Positions 6,389 to 15,408 are shown, counted from the first letter of the stretch. The stretch is 37,661 nucleotides of DNA from a virus (IMGVR_UViG_3300012943_000386:1-37661); one strand, 5' to 3'. Numbers and translations: made by a program. Notes: generated from the letters alone by a model not told the origin.

Positions 6389-7613
6389 TTTTCAGTGCCC
6401 TGCTTGCAGCATAGAAACAGGCGGCGGCCATGGTGTATCCAAACGCATAGATGCCGAGGATGGAATATCCAAGAGCGGCTGGACCGACCAGCGGTGTGAA
6501 GACGTCGCTGAAATAACCAACGATGATTGGGCCGAGTGAAAGACCAATGAGGTTCGTTACCAACACGTGGCTAGCTTGTCCCATGGCCCTTCTGTCCGGA
6601 CCAACGGCGCGCTGTTCGATGTTTGTCACAATACCGATGTTCATGTGCATCGACACGATGATGAAGCTGAGCGCCGCGATAGCAATAGGGAAACTGCCAG
6701 CAGTAAACATCAACACCGCGAATGGAATTACGCCAAGCACTGAAGCAATAGACACCCAAAGTCTGGCCTTATCACCAAGCTTTGTTACTAGCTTCTCAGC
6801 CATCCAAGTACCAGATAGAACGCCAACCATGCCACCGATACCATACATCAAACCCATTAGAAGACCGGCACTGGTGGTGCTGACCTCATGTACGCGCATA
6901 AAGTAGGATGCCATCCACATGCCGGAACCTGTTGCAGCCATCACGGTGAAAGCTGAGGCAGCTATTGTCCAGCAAAAATCCTTCTTCTTCCAAAGCTCCT
7001 TCACAGTCGTAAGAAATGGTTCCCTTGCAGCAGTGCTTTCACGTGGTGGTTCTTTGATCGTGAACTTTACGAGCAGCGTTAGTAGAAGTCCCGGGATACC
7101 AACAGCCAAGAAGGCGGCGCGCCACCCATAGTTGGCGCTAATCCAACCACCAAGCACGAACGAAACTAGAACCCCGAGTGGAGTAGTCGATGCGAGAATT
7201 GAATAGACCTTAGCGCGTTTTTCCGGTGGGAAATACTCTGATGCGATGGAGACTGAGCTTGGATAAGCACCAGCTTCACCTATACCTACACCAATTCTTG
7301 ACAAGAAAAAGGTGAAGAAGCCCGTCACTAGACCACAGGCGGCCGTCATGGTGCTCCAAAGACCCAGACACACGCTCATGATGGTTGTTCTATTCTTCCT
7401 ATCGAGCAGATACGCTATTGGAATACCCATCAGCGAATAGAAAAGAGAGAATGACAGGCCAGAGATCATTCCGAGCTGCGTGTCTGAGAACCCGAATTCA
7501 GCCTTGATCCCCGGAAAGAGGACCGAAATGATCTGCAGGTCGACCATTCTGAGCAGCATGACAAGCCACAGCACGGCCAAGACATAGTAGCTGTATAAAA
7601 GTTTGTTCTTCAT
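6372..7613 (-). CDS. MFS transporter (spinster-like, about 12 TM helices)
   Basis: YLLDRKNR motif A variant, RIGVGIGEAG, repeated hydrophobic segments. Confidence 0.92.
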   Translation of the reverse strand: MKNKLLYSYYVLAVLWLVMLLRMVDLQIISVLFPGIKAEFGFSDTQLGMISGLSFSLFYSLMGIPIAYLLDRKNRTTIMSVCLGLWSTMTAACGLVTGFFTFFLSRIGVGIGEAGAYPSSVSIASEYFPPEKRAKVYSILASTTPLGVLVSFVLGGWISANYGWRAAFLAVGIPGLLLTLLVKFTIKEPPRESTAAREPFLTTVKELWKKKDFCWTIAASAFTVMAATGSGMWMASYFMRVHEVSTTSAGLLMGLMYGIGGMVGVLSGTWMAEKLVTKLGDKARLWVSIASVLGVIPFAVLMFTAGSFPIAIAALSFIIVSMHMNIGIVTNIEQRAVGPDRRAMGQASHVLVTNLIGLSLGPIIVGYFSDVFTPLVGPAALGYSILGIYAFGYTMAAACFYAASRALKSGTAS

Positions 7614-7638
7614 CGATAGGTATCCTTATGCGATGCGG

Positions 7639-7645
7639 TATTTAT
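7639..7645 (-). promoter_or_regulatory. putative late promoter ATAAATA for MFS/CmoA-like/OMT
   Basis: Sits in the 43-nt gap between the ligase and MFS genes, followed by an AAGGA RBS. Confidence 0.5.
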
Positions 7646-7656
7646 CGGCTCATAGT

Positions 7657-9123
7657 TCACGCGCTTGGTTGAACTAGAAGCTGAACAGAGCTTCTGTCTA
7701 CCTTACCCGTTACGGTCGTTGGGAGGTGATCGACAAATCGTATGACCTGCGGAATTACGTGTGGGGCGACAAGCTTTGACAGGTGGCTGATGATCTGCAC
7801 CTCACTGACGCCAGGTGCAGCAATGACCGCGACACCAACAGCCGTATGCCCAAGTCTATCGCTGACTGGCACCGCGCAGGCGGCAGATATTCCATCACAG
7901 TTTAGAAGCGCCTGTTCAATCTCTAGCGGATAGACGTTGCCGCTCTTACAGATGAACATATCATCGACGCGGCCTCGCCAGAACATGAACCCATCTCCAT
8001 CTCGATAGAACACGTCTCCAGTCTTATACCACCCATCATGAAAACGGCTCTCATTTAGCTCTTCATCAAGGTAGCATTTTTCAACGGTGGCGTTCTTGAC
8101 CCAAAGCTCACCGAGGCTTTTGTGTTCGTTGCCATCGACGTCGATGAGCTTCACTTCACCATAGTGATGACGGCCACAGCTTCCGCGCTTGAACTTAGCA
8201 CTCATTTTTTCATCGTTGGAAAATGATATTCCTGGGATGCATTCCGTGGCCCCATACGTAGAAATGATGAAGGCGCCCAGCTTTCTCTCTACCTCATCAT
8301 ACAGGTGGTGCGGGCAGGCCTCACCACCGGCAAAGCAATACTTCAGATCACTAAAGTTATAGTCGACCTTTGACTTGAGGACCAGCGAAAACATTGATGG
8401 GATCAGCATCATCGTGTTAGCCTTGACGCTTGATGCCAGCTTGAGATACGAGTTTGGTTGGAAGCCGTCAATCATGTACAACGGTCTGTTGATGGCGAGC
8501 GCGTCGAGGAAATCCAACAATCCACCAATGTGACTGAACGGGAGAACAGAAATATGTGGTGCGCTCATTGAGGTAAACGTGTCAGCCAAGAACTTGTCAA
8601 TGAAGTACTGAACGAAGTTCATAAGCACGCCGTGAGTTCGATGAATGGCCTTTGGTTTGCCGCTTGACCCGGACGTAAAGAGGATGACTGCCCTAGTTGA
8701 TGCATCAAGCTCAGCCACTACGAGCGGTGCAGACGGAAGCGTGAGGATGCTCTCCATTGAAATGGCGATCGAGCATGATTGCGGAATTGCGATGCCCCTT
8801 AGCTCACCATGAATGCACGCCACGGGGCTCAGAAATTCTAAAGATCGCCTGATCGGTGAAATGTCCGCAGTTGGATTTAGCGGGATGGCGATGGCACCAA
8901 TGCTGATCGTAGCAAGAAAAGCGACGATCATTTCAACACTGTTTTTGGAAATGATGAGAACGTGGTCGCCGGCTTGAACGCCGCGTGCGAGTAGATTGGC
9001 GCTCAGGGCACCGACGTGGCCAAGAATTTCCTGCTGAGAGAACGACCTAGTGATGGTCGCACCGACTGTTTCAAAGATGGTTTTGTCGGTGCGTTTCGCA
9101 TCGAGCAGTGATATGATATTCAT
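7657..9123 (-). CDS. AMP-forming acyl/aryl-CoA ligase (ANL superfamily) 1
   Basis: LFTSGSSGKPK, YGATE, YKTGD, GRVDD and LPTTVTGKVDR core motifs are all present. Confidence 0.92.
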   Translation of the reverse strand: MNIISLLDAKRTDKTIFETVGATITRSFSQQEILGHVGALSANLLARGVQAGDHVLIISKNSVEMIVAFLATISIGAIAIPLNPTADISPIRRSLEFLSPVACIHGELRGIAIPQSCSIAISMESILTLPSAPLVVAELDASTRAVILFTSGSSGKPKAIHRTHGVLMNFVQYFIDKFLADTFTSMSAPHISVLPFSHIGGLLDFLDALAINRPLYMIDGFQPNSYLKLASSVKANTMMLIPSMFSLVLKSKVDYNFSDLKYCFAGGEACPHHLYDEVERKLGAFIISTYGATECIPGISFSNDEKMSAKFKRGSCGRHHYGEVKLIDVDGNEHKSLGELWVKNATVEKCYLDEELNESRFHDGWYKTGDVFYRDGDGFMFWRGRVDDMFICKSGNVYPLEIEQALLNCDGISAACAVPVSDRLGHTAVGVAVIAAPGVSEVQIISHLSKLVAPHVIPQVIRFVDHLPTTVTGKVDRSSVQLLVQPSA

Positions 9124-9170
9124 TATGCTTTAGCGAGGCCCTACTAGGGCGTAGAATTCAGCGGTCGGTT

Positions 9171-9662
9171 TTATAGAGCGTCGAAGATACCCACGAGTAT
9201 CGCAGCATCGCTTGCCACTTCAGATGGCTCACCTGCTGGAATAGCAGCGATTGCAGCCTTCAGCAGTGAACGAGTATCGTCCATTTCTGCGTCGCGGTAT
9301 GCAAGTCTCCACCTCGTCCAAGCTTCATCACTCGCTTCTGAGAGACTAATTGCCGTTGCAAAGTCTGCATACGCTGAGAAGTAAACAACTCTAATTGAGT
9401 TGACGTCGTATGGCTCAAGAGCAGCAAAAATACCGTTGATCGTTGATACGTCTGAAGCATACTGCCCAGGGTTGGTTGAAGCAGCAATGAGCGAAGCCGC
9501 GAAGCTTGCATTTCTGTGAGAGCTCATGGACGGCGTAAGGAACGCGTTGATGTAACGATCAAAGGTCGTTGGATCGTTGGTGCTCTGACTGATTGCTGTG
9601 GCAAATGACTGATAGCCCTGCCTGTCCTTGACAATCAGATCTAGTGCTTCTTGGTTCGTCAT
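9171..9662 (-). CDS. orphan alpha-helical hypothetical protein (163 aa)
   Basis: GGAG RBS; ATAAATA at 9699-9705 upstream. Confidence 0.7.
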   Translation of the reverse strand: MTNQEALDLIVKDRQGYQSFATAISQSTNDPTTFDRYINAFLTPSMSSHRNASFAASLIAASTNPGQYASDVSTINGIFAALEPYDVNSIRVVYFSAYADFATAISLSEASDEAWTRWRLAYRDAEMDDTRSLLKAAIAAIPAGEPSEVASDAAILVGIFDAL

Positions 9663-9698
9663 GTTTTCTATCTCCAGGGGTGCTTCGGCCGCATCGAC

Positions 9699-9755
9699 TA
9701 TTTATTGGCATTCTCTTCCACAATAGAATTCTTATGATGGATTTGCAGGTAAATA
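9699..9755. promoter_or_regulatory. divergent TAAATA late-promoter pair
   Basis: ATAAATA on the minus strand (9699-9705) and TAAATA on the plus strand (9750-9755), each roughly 20-40 nt from a start codon with an RBS. Confidence 0.5.
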
Positions 9756-9774
9756 CTGCATCCAGGAGTTAGCC

Positions 9775-11280
9775 ATGTACCTCAACGAAAGCTTCCCAGA
9801 TAAGATCGCCATCATTCATGCCGATAGGAACGTTAGCATGACCTATGGCGAGCTTATTGACAGCTCAAATCAGGTCGCAAATTTCTTCAGGTCGGCAGGG
9901 CTGATGAGCGGTGATCATGTTGTGCTCCTGCTTCAAAATGTACCAGAATATCTCGTCGTTGCTTGGGGAGCGCTTAAGGCTGGGCTGCTCATCACCCCGC
10001 TAAACCTCAACATAGCAACGAAGGACATTGACTTCATCATCAAGGATTGCGGGGCGAGGGCGATAGTTTCATGCACCTCACAGCGCTCAATATTTTCAAA
10101 GCTTGAGCTTGACGGGATGACAAAGCTTCTCGTTGGAGATGGAACAGAGCCAGGATGGTCATCTCACAGCGAGGTAACGACGCTGTCTAGGACATGGGCA
10201 GACGAGCAGACAACAGTTGGGGCAGTGCGGTGCTACAGCTCAGGAACGACCGGGCGGCCTAAAGGCGTCGTGCTGCTACCAGGAAAGAAGCCAAGCGGAA
10301 ACTCATTCAAGGATGTCTACGCTCTTTCACCAAGCAGCGTTTACCTAAACCCATCTCCACTGTTCTACTCATCGGCCATTCACTTCTCGCTGATCCTTCA
10401 GGGGGCCGGGGGCACCGTTGTGCTCATTGATAGATTTACACCGTGCAAGGTGCTCGACTGCATTGAAAAGTACGGCATTACACACTGTCAACTGGTTCCA
10501 ACGATGATGGCACAGCTGCTGGAGGTCAAAAGGGATGTTGCTTCACACCTGCAAATGATCATCCACGGCGGCGCACCATGCCCGATCAATGTTAAGATGG
10601 GCATGATAGACTGGTTCGGTCCACTCATAATTGAAGTGTACACCTGCACTGAGGTGTATGGTGCAACCTACATCACAAGCGAAGAATGGCTTAGGAAACC
10701 CGGTTCAGTCGGAAGAGCGCTCCAGGGTATCCTTCACGTGTGCGGTGAAGATGGAAAAGAGCTACAGCCAGGAAATATTGGACAGGTGTATATTGAAAGT
10801 GGTATGCAGTTCAGATACACGCGTGAAGAGGAGATGAAGAAGCCGCATGAAAATGGTTGGCTCACTGTTGGTGACATCGGTTATCTTGACGCTGACGGCT
10901 ATCTGTTCTTAACCGATAGACAGGACTTCATGATCATCTCTGGCGGGGTAAACATTTACCCGAGCGCTGTCGAGGCGGCAATGCGACAGCATCCAGCGGT
11001 AAAGGACGTAGCAGTTTTTGGGCAGAAGCACCGAGTGCTTGGGCAGTCAGTTAAAGCCGTGGTTGTTTCATCAGAGCCACCGTCCCTCAAGCTGAAGCTC
11101 GAGCTCAAGCAGATGGTAAGAAACAGCGTGGCAAGATTTGCGGTACCGCGCCAAATCGTATTCGTAGATGAGCTGCCGTATGAGAACGGTAAGCTCAACA
11201 AGCTAAAACTTGCTGAGCTTACCAGCGATCTGGGCGGTACATCGCGCGGAGCTGAACCTCAGGCTTCGGCTCGTGATTGA
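9775..11280 (+). CDS. AMP-forming acyl-CoA ligase (ANL superfamily) 2
   Basis: YSSGTTGRPKG, GGAPCP, YTCTE, TVGDIG, DRQDFMIISGGVNIYP, ENGKL; AGGAG RBS. Confidence 0.92.
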   Translation: MYLNESFPDKIAIIHADRNVSMTYGELIDSSNQVANFFRSAGLMSGDHVVLLLQNVPEYLVVAWGALKAGLLITPLNLNIATKDIDFIIKDCGARAIVSCTSQRSIFSKLELDGMTKLLVGDGTEPGWSSHSEVTTLSRTWADEQTTVGAVRCYSSGTTGRPKGVVLLPGKKPSGNSFKDVYALSPSSVYLNPSPLFYSSAIHFSLILQGAGGTVVLIDRFTPCKVLDCIEKYGITHCQLVPTMMAQLLEVKRDVASHLQMIIHGGAPCPINVKMGMIDWFGPLIIEVYTCTEVYGATYITSEEWLRKPGSVGRALQGILHVCGEDGKELQPGNIGQVYIESGMQFRYTREEEMKKPHENGWLTVGDIGYLDADGYLFLTDRQDFMIISGGVNIYPSAVEAAMRQHPAVKDVAVFGQKHRVLGQSVKAVVVSSEPPSLKLKLELKQMVRNSVARFAVPRQIVFVDELPYENGKLNKLKLAELTSDLGGTSRGAEPQASARD

Positions 11281-11584
11281 ACTCGCGTGAGTGCTGCATA
11301 GCAACGATCATGAGGGCATTAGCGATATCGAAGGGGAAACCCTGGCGGTTCTCGGTATCGACGTTCAGCATGAACTGCAGCTTGTCGCTGAGCAGTTCAG
11401 TTCCCCAGCACGACGTGATCGTCTTGTGGATGCGTGGGAATTCCTTCGCGATCAGCTTGATGGCCTGCTGGCTCTCGGCCTTTGGGTGAAACGTAGCAGT
11501 CACGCATGAGGCGTCGGCGTGGTTGCGAGGATCGCTCGTGGCGCCAGATCTGTATTTTCCCGAATGTTCGAAGTAGCTAGTCAT
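11219..11584 (-). CDS. hypothetical protein with an FP..I...WG...RQGFP motif (121 aa)
   Basis: GGAGG RBS before MTSYFEH; early promoter at 11607-11636; overlaps the 3' end of the convergent ligase gene. Confidence 0.65.
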   Translation of the reverse strand: MTSYFEHSGKYRSGATSDPRNHADASCVTATFHPKAESQQAIKLIAKEFPRIHKTITSCWGTELLSDKLQFMLNVDTENRQGFPFDIANALMIVAMQHSREFNHEPKPEVQLRAMYRPDRW

Positions 11585-11606
11585 TGACGTATCCTCCGCA
11601 TAGGTC

Positions 11607-11636
11607 ATTATAACCTGCTTGCAATCTGGGATACAC
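11607..11636 (-). promoter_or_regulatory. early promoter GTGTAT-N18-TATAAT
   Basis: Member of a recurring -35/-10 family with an 18-nt spacer. Confidence 0.55.
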
Positions 11637-11637
11637 T

Positions 11638-12513
11638 TTACATAATGTCCCACGTGCGATCCTTGGGCTTGACAACTTCTAGGTTCTTCTCCCAGGCAGC
11701 CTTCATCAAGGCGGGCTTCACATTGAGAAGCTTAGCCACTTCTATGAGTGCACTAAGGTCCTTTGGAAAGCAGGCCCCTCGAACTCCAGCAATTCCATCC
11801 ACGCCCGGTACGTTCATATGTGAGCTGCCTAGGCGAGCGTCGTGGCTTGCTAGCGTCACAACCTCGTTGTAGTCTACTGACATACCTGCCCTCGTGAGCG
11901 CCTCACATACCTGGCTCAGCTCACAGCTGAGCACGACGCGCACCGCGAGCTGAATGTTGATGAAGTACTTTACCATCTCAGCTACGGTAGAACTGGATGC
12001 CTTCAGCACGTGGACATCGGGGAAGTAGGTGCGGTAGACATTTCGCACGACATTGACAGCTTCATGATTTCCACCTAGAATGATGAACTGCTGAGCTCTA
12101 GCGTCATTGAGCGAGTTTGCTTGAGTGAGGAACTCTGGGCTGAAAACAATCTGGAGGTTCTCGTAGCGCTTCGTCCACATCTCAACAGAGCCAGGTGGAA
12201 CGGTGCTCTTGACAACTGCTGTCCTGGTTCCTGGAACTGAGGCCAGTTGTTCTAGGATGTTCTCTACAATCGTGATGTCGGCTGCACCATCTTGCTCCAT
12301 AGGAGTTGGGACACAGATGAAGTAGATGCGTGAAAAATCTTTGAGCGCCTCACACGCTTTGATGAGGTCGCTGACTAACGGTGAAACTGCAATTGAGCCG
12401 TGGGTGTACTTACCGTTCTTGTCGCACGTGTAGACCGCTGCACCCTTTTCGGTGAAGATCGTGCTAAGCGCACTCCCGACGAACCCCTGCCCTATGACTG
12501 CTATCGATTTCAT
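11638..12513 (-). CDS. UDP-glucose/GDP-mannose dehydrogenase family protein lacking the C-terminal domain
   Basis: GQGFVG, FICVPTP, KST, SPEFL and GACFPKD motifs; only 291 aa. Confidence 0.85.
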   Translation of the reverse strand: MKSIAVIGQGFVGSALSTIFTEKGAAVYTCDKNGKYTHGSIAVSPLVSDLIKACEALKDFSRIYFICVPTPMEQDGAADITIVENILEQLASVPGTRTAVVKSTVPPGSVEMWTKRYENLQIVFSPEFLTQANSLNDARAQQFIILGGNHEAVNVVRNVYRTYFPDVHVLKASSSTVAEMVKYFINIQLAVRVVLSCELSQVCEALTRAGMSVDYNEVVTLASHDARLGSSHMNVPGVDGIAGVRGACFPKDLSALIEVAKLLNVKPALMKAAWEKNLEVVKPKDRTWDIM

Positions 12514-13696
12514 TGATGTGATTTGCTGATGGACCGTAACTTACATATTTAACAGGTAGGAAACGGTCAAGCGTCTGAATGAGAGCTTCAGCCGATTGTT
12601 GCCAACCACCGCGATCATCGTAGAACGAGAAATCGGCTGAAACTTGGTCGAAACAGGTAACGGCGAGTGATGGGGCATTGATCTTGATGCCAAGAAGTTC
12701 AGCGAGCGGTTTGCTGCGCTGAAGGTCGGCTTCAATGAACTGCTGAAGAACGCGCGTATCTAGTGGCGCGTACCTGAAATGCCCCTGCCATTCTCCAGTG
12801 ACATTAGTCGCGTCGACAATTTCAGTGGAAGAGAACTTCTCACCCTCATGTAGAAGATGGCCTGCGCCATGGCGCGTCTTGTAGCAGCGGGTGACATAGA
12901 CTGGTGAGAGCTCTTGAACGCCTACTTCCCTTGCCGCTAAAAGAGCTGTTGGCAAGCCAGTCACTGAGCGCGTAACGTGTGGGAATTTTCCAAGGAATTC
13001 GTCAAGCTGCAGGCCTTGAGCTCCCTCAAAGACAAACTGCTTATCGTCACTCCGTGGGCGTGGGGTGATCTTGGAGAAGACCTCTGCGGCCGCCCGCAGG
13101 CTCTGACCTTCATTGAGCAGGTCTACGGCATCGAGCAGCTTCTCAACTTCAGGATCGCTTGAGTTGAACTTGCCAAGTTCGATTTTCCAGTAGTTCTTGT
13201 ACGTGTGCTGCAGCTTCTTCCAGAAGCGCTCATCAGTGAGGTCCTCTACGGTCAACGAGAACCCAGCCAGCTTTCGAGTAATCGTATCGTTGATGCCCAT
13301 GCCACATGAACCGTGGCGACCGCTTCCGCGTGATAGCTCACGCAGGCGGTTCAGCACGATGTCGAACGCCGTTGTTACCTCGGCGTGTGGGTGAACTTCT
13401 ACCTGAGGCTGAACGATGGCGTCGGCCATCTGCGTGCGCAGCACGTCAAGCTCTCGGTGCAGCATGAACGGGTTGGTGATAAAGTTGCTGGAGAGGAACG
13501 TTGCAGCACCGGCAAACGTTCCAGCCCCAACATGACTAAACACGTGTCTTCGATTACCATCAACTACCGTGTGACCGGCTTGAGCTCCGCCGTTGAAGCG
13601 AACTACCGTCGCCGGAAATTCCTTCCGACTTAGGTAGTCGGTGATGAGGCCTTTACCCTCATCACCGAACCCAGCGCCGATCACTACGTAGTTCAC
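12464..13696 (-). CDS. adenylosuccinate synthetase-like protein (PurA family)
   Basis: GAGFGDEGKG, RFNGGAQAGHTV, FEGAQG, TRHGAG, SYGP. Confidence 0.85.
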   Translation of the reverse strand: MNYVVIGAGFGDEGKGLITDYLSRKEFPATVVRFNGGAQAGHTVVDGNRRHVFSHVGAGTFAGAATFLSSNFITNPFMLHRELDVLRTQMADAIVQPQVEVHPHAEVTTAFDIVLNRLRELSRGSGRHGSCGMGINDTITRKLAGFSLTVEDLTDERFWKKLQHTYKNYWKIELGKFNSSDPEVEKLLDAVDLLNEGQSLRAAAEVFSKITPRPRSDDKQFVFEGAQGLQLDEFLGKFPHVTRSVTGLPTALLAAREVGVQELSPVYVTRCYKTRHGAGHLLHEGEKFSSTEIVDATNVTGEWQGHFRYAPLDTRVLQQFIEADLQRSKPLAELLGIKINAPSLAVTCFDQVSADFSFYDDRGGWQQSAEALIQTLDRFLPVKYVSYGPSANHINEIDSSHRAGVRRECA

Positions 13697-14607
13697 GCCG
13701 CCAGCTTCATTGCGTTCTGGAAGGCGTAGCGCAGTTCCGGACCGACCTTCGCGGAGTTCGAGATGACCTCCTCGATGTTGGCGCCGTTCGCGATAGCCAT
13801 CGTCGCCATCACCACGTCGGTGAGGTACGCGGGGTCGCGAAGGAAGATCGCGTTCGGACCGAGCATCTTCGTCCAGCTCGCACCGACCGATGCGCTCGGC
13901 CGACCGTGCTCGGCGATCACGTGGAACACCTGGTACTTCTTCTGCGCGGCCTTGAGGCTCGCAGCCGGAGAGGTGTTCTCATATTCACCAGGCCCGAAGA
14001 TCTCCTGCAGCGCGTCCTTCGGAACCGTGGCAAACGGGGCCGGCTCGTCACCGAAGGTGAACAGGAAGCCAGGCTTGCCAGTCTTCTCGAAGTTTTCCAG
14101 GTACGTGTAGTTTGCACCGAAGTACCAGGCGAGATCGTAGCTCTCGCTTCCGTTGCCGCCACCGTTGCCGACGAGCCACAGCTTTCGCAGCTGCTCGACG
14201 ATGCGAAGGTCAGGCTCGAAGTACGACACCTGCAGAGCGCCATGGCCTTGAGCGAACACGTCGTCGATGCCCATGAACATCACGTGCGGGTCGCTGACCA
14301 CGCTGGTCTCGTGGATCTTCGTCATCAACTTCGGCAGCTCGTCCTTGGCGATCTTTTCTGCCAGAGCGCCCATCGAGCCAGTGACGTCGAGGCCAAGGAT
14401 GATCGGCGTCGGGTCTGGGTTCGCCTCGGAGATGATGCTCTCGCGAAGCTGCTGGCCCTTGCGGTCACCCTTGCCGACCTTGACGTTGCGGGGATCGAGC
14501 TTCTCGTCGATGTTGTGTGAGAACACCTCCGCGCGTGAAGCCGACCGGTAGTTGGTGGATTTGGCGTACGACTTGTAGTCGTCATCATTCCATCTTGAAT
14601 TGCCCAT
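13693..14607 (-). CDS. von Willebrand factor A domain protein
   Basis: MIDAS-like LDVTGSMG, GNGGGNGSESY, FTFGDE. Confidence 0.8.
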   Translation of the reverse strand: MGNSRWNDDDYKSYAKSTNYRSASRAEVFSHNIDEKLDPRNVKVGKGDRKGQQLRESIISEANPDPTPIILGLDVTGSMGALAEKIAKDELPKLMTKIHETSVVSDPHVMFMGIDDVFAQGHGALQVSYFEPDLRIVEQLRKLWLVGNGGGNGSESYDLAWYFGANYTYLENFEKTGKPGFLFTFGDEPAPFATVPKDALQEIFGPGEYENTSPAASLKAAQKKYQVFHVIAEHGRPSASVGASWTKMLGPNAIFLRDPAYLTDVVMATMAIANGANIEEVISNSAKVGPELRYAFQNAMKLAA

Positions 14608-14631
14608 CGCTGTGCTCCTTTTTCCTTATGA

Positions 14632-15318
14632 TCAGCGGTTGAACGGACCACTGGAATTTCCAGTGCGGCCGCCACCGAACAAGCTATCACCACCGCCCAT
14701 CATCTTGGACATCATCATCATCTGCATCATGCCGGCCATCGGGTTGGCGCCTGCGGCACCACCACCGATCTGCGACATCAGCATCAGCGGCATGATCTTC
14801 TCGATATCGAAGCTGTCGCCGCCCATCATCAGCATCGGCAGCAGTGAACCCTGCAAGCCGGCCAGGGCACCAGCTCCACCGTCTGCGCCGGCAGGCATGA
14901 TGCTCAGAAGGCTTCGTACAACGAGTACACCACCATCGAGGCCGAACATCTGCACCTTCGGCGGAACCCATGAGCTGATGTTGCCACCAGGACGGATGAT
15001 GCGGAAGGTTTTCTTACCGCTCTCTGCGGTCTTGATGGAAACGATCCAGCCCGGCGCCTCGCCGCTGGTGTAGATCAGATCGCCGACCTTGACCGTATCG
15101 ACTGGTGTGTTCTGCGCGAACGCAGGAATTGCAACACCGAAGTCTTCGAATGGGTTGATGACGATGGTTGCTTCATCACCTTCACCTTCGATCGTGGCGA
15201 TTTCGCCATCGCGAGTGCGAACACCCAGTTTGCCCGACATCAGGTCCCATACGACCGAGTCTACCTTACGGAACATCCGCCCCATCATCTTTTCAGCCGA
15301 AAAACTTGAACTCTTCAT
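14632..15318 (-). CDS. hypothetical protein with a Met/Gly-rich C-terminus
   Basis: AGGAG RBS; LPMLMMGG...MMQMMMMSKMMGGG tail. Confidence 0.8.
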   Translation of the reverse strand: MKSSSFSAEKMMGRMFRKVDSVVWDLMSGKLGVRTRDGEIATIEGEGDEATIVINPFEDFGVAIPAFAQNTPVDTVKVGDLIYTSGEAPGWIVSIKTAESGKKTFRIIRPGGNISSWVPPKVQMFGLDGGVLVVRSLLSIMPAGADGGAGALAGLQGSLLPMLMMGGDSFDIEKIMPLMLMSQIGGGAAGANPMAGMMQMMMMSKMMGGGDSLFGGGRTGNSSGPFNR

Positions 15319-15408
15319 GACGTTTCTCCTTACAAGTTAGTTGACACACGGCACGTGTACTATGTGTTGCAAGTACGGCGTGCCGCCGCAGTACATGCCA
15401 AATCGAAA

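Noticed and set aside
3440-11280. Integrative element or prophage-in-host interpretation of the biosynthetic cluster
   Set aside because: No integrase, att repeat matching a tRNA 3' end or transposase was found; the flanks and promoters are phage-like. A misassembly cannot be excluded without reads
12464-13696. PurZ (diaminopurine/Z-genome enzyme)
   Set aside because: It retains PurA-type GDEGKG with the catalytic Asp, whereas PurZ has Ser/Thr there; no datZ or mazZ partners are seen
13763-14551. Long antisense ORFs (e.g. 13906-14520; also 22519-23172, 28603-29493, 15669-16058)
   Set aside because: Shadow ORFs opposite clear genes with GC-rich third positions; no RBS or motifs
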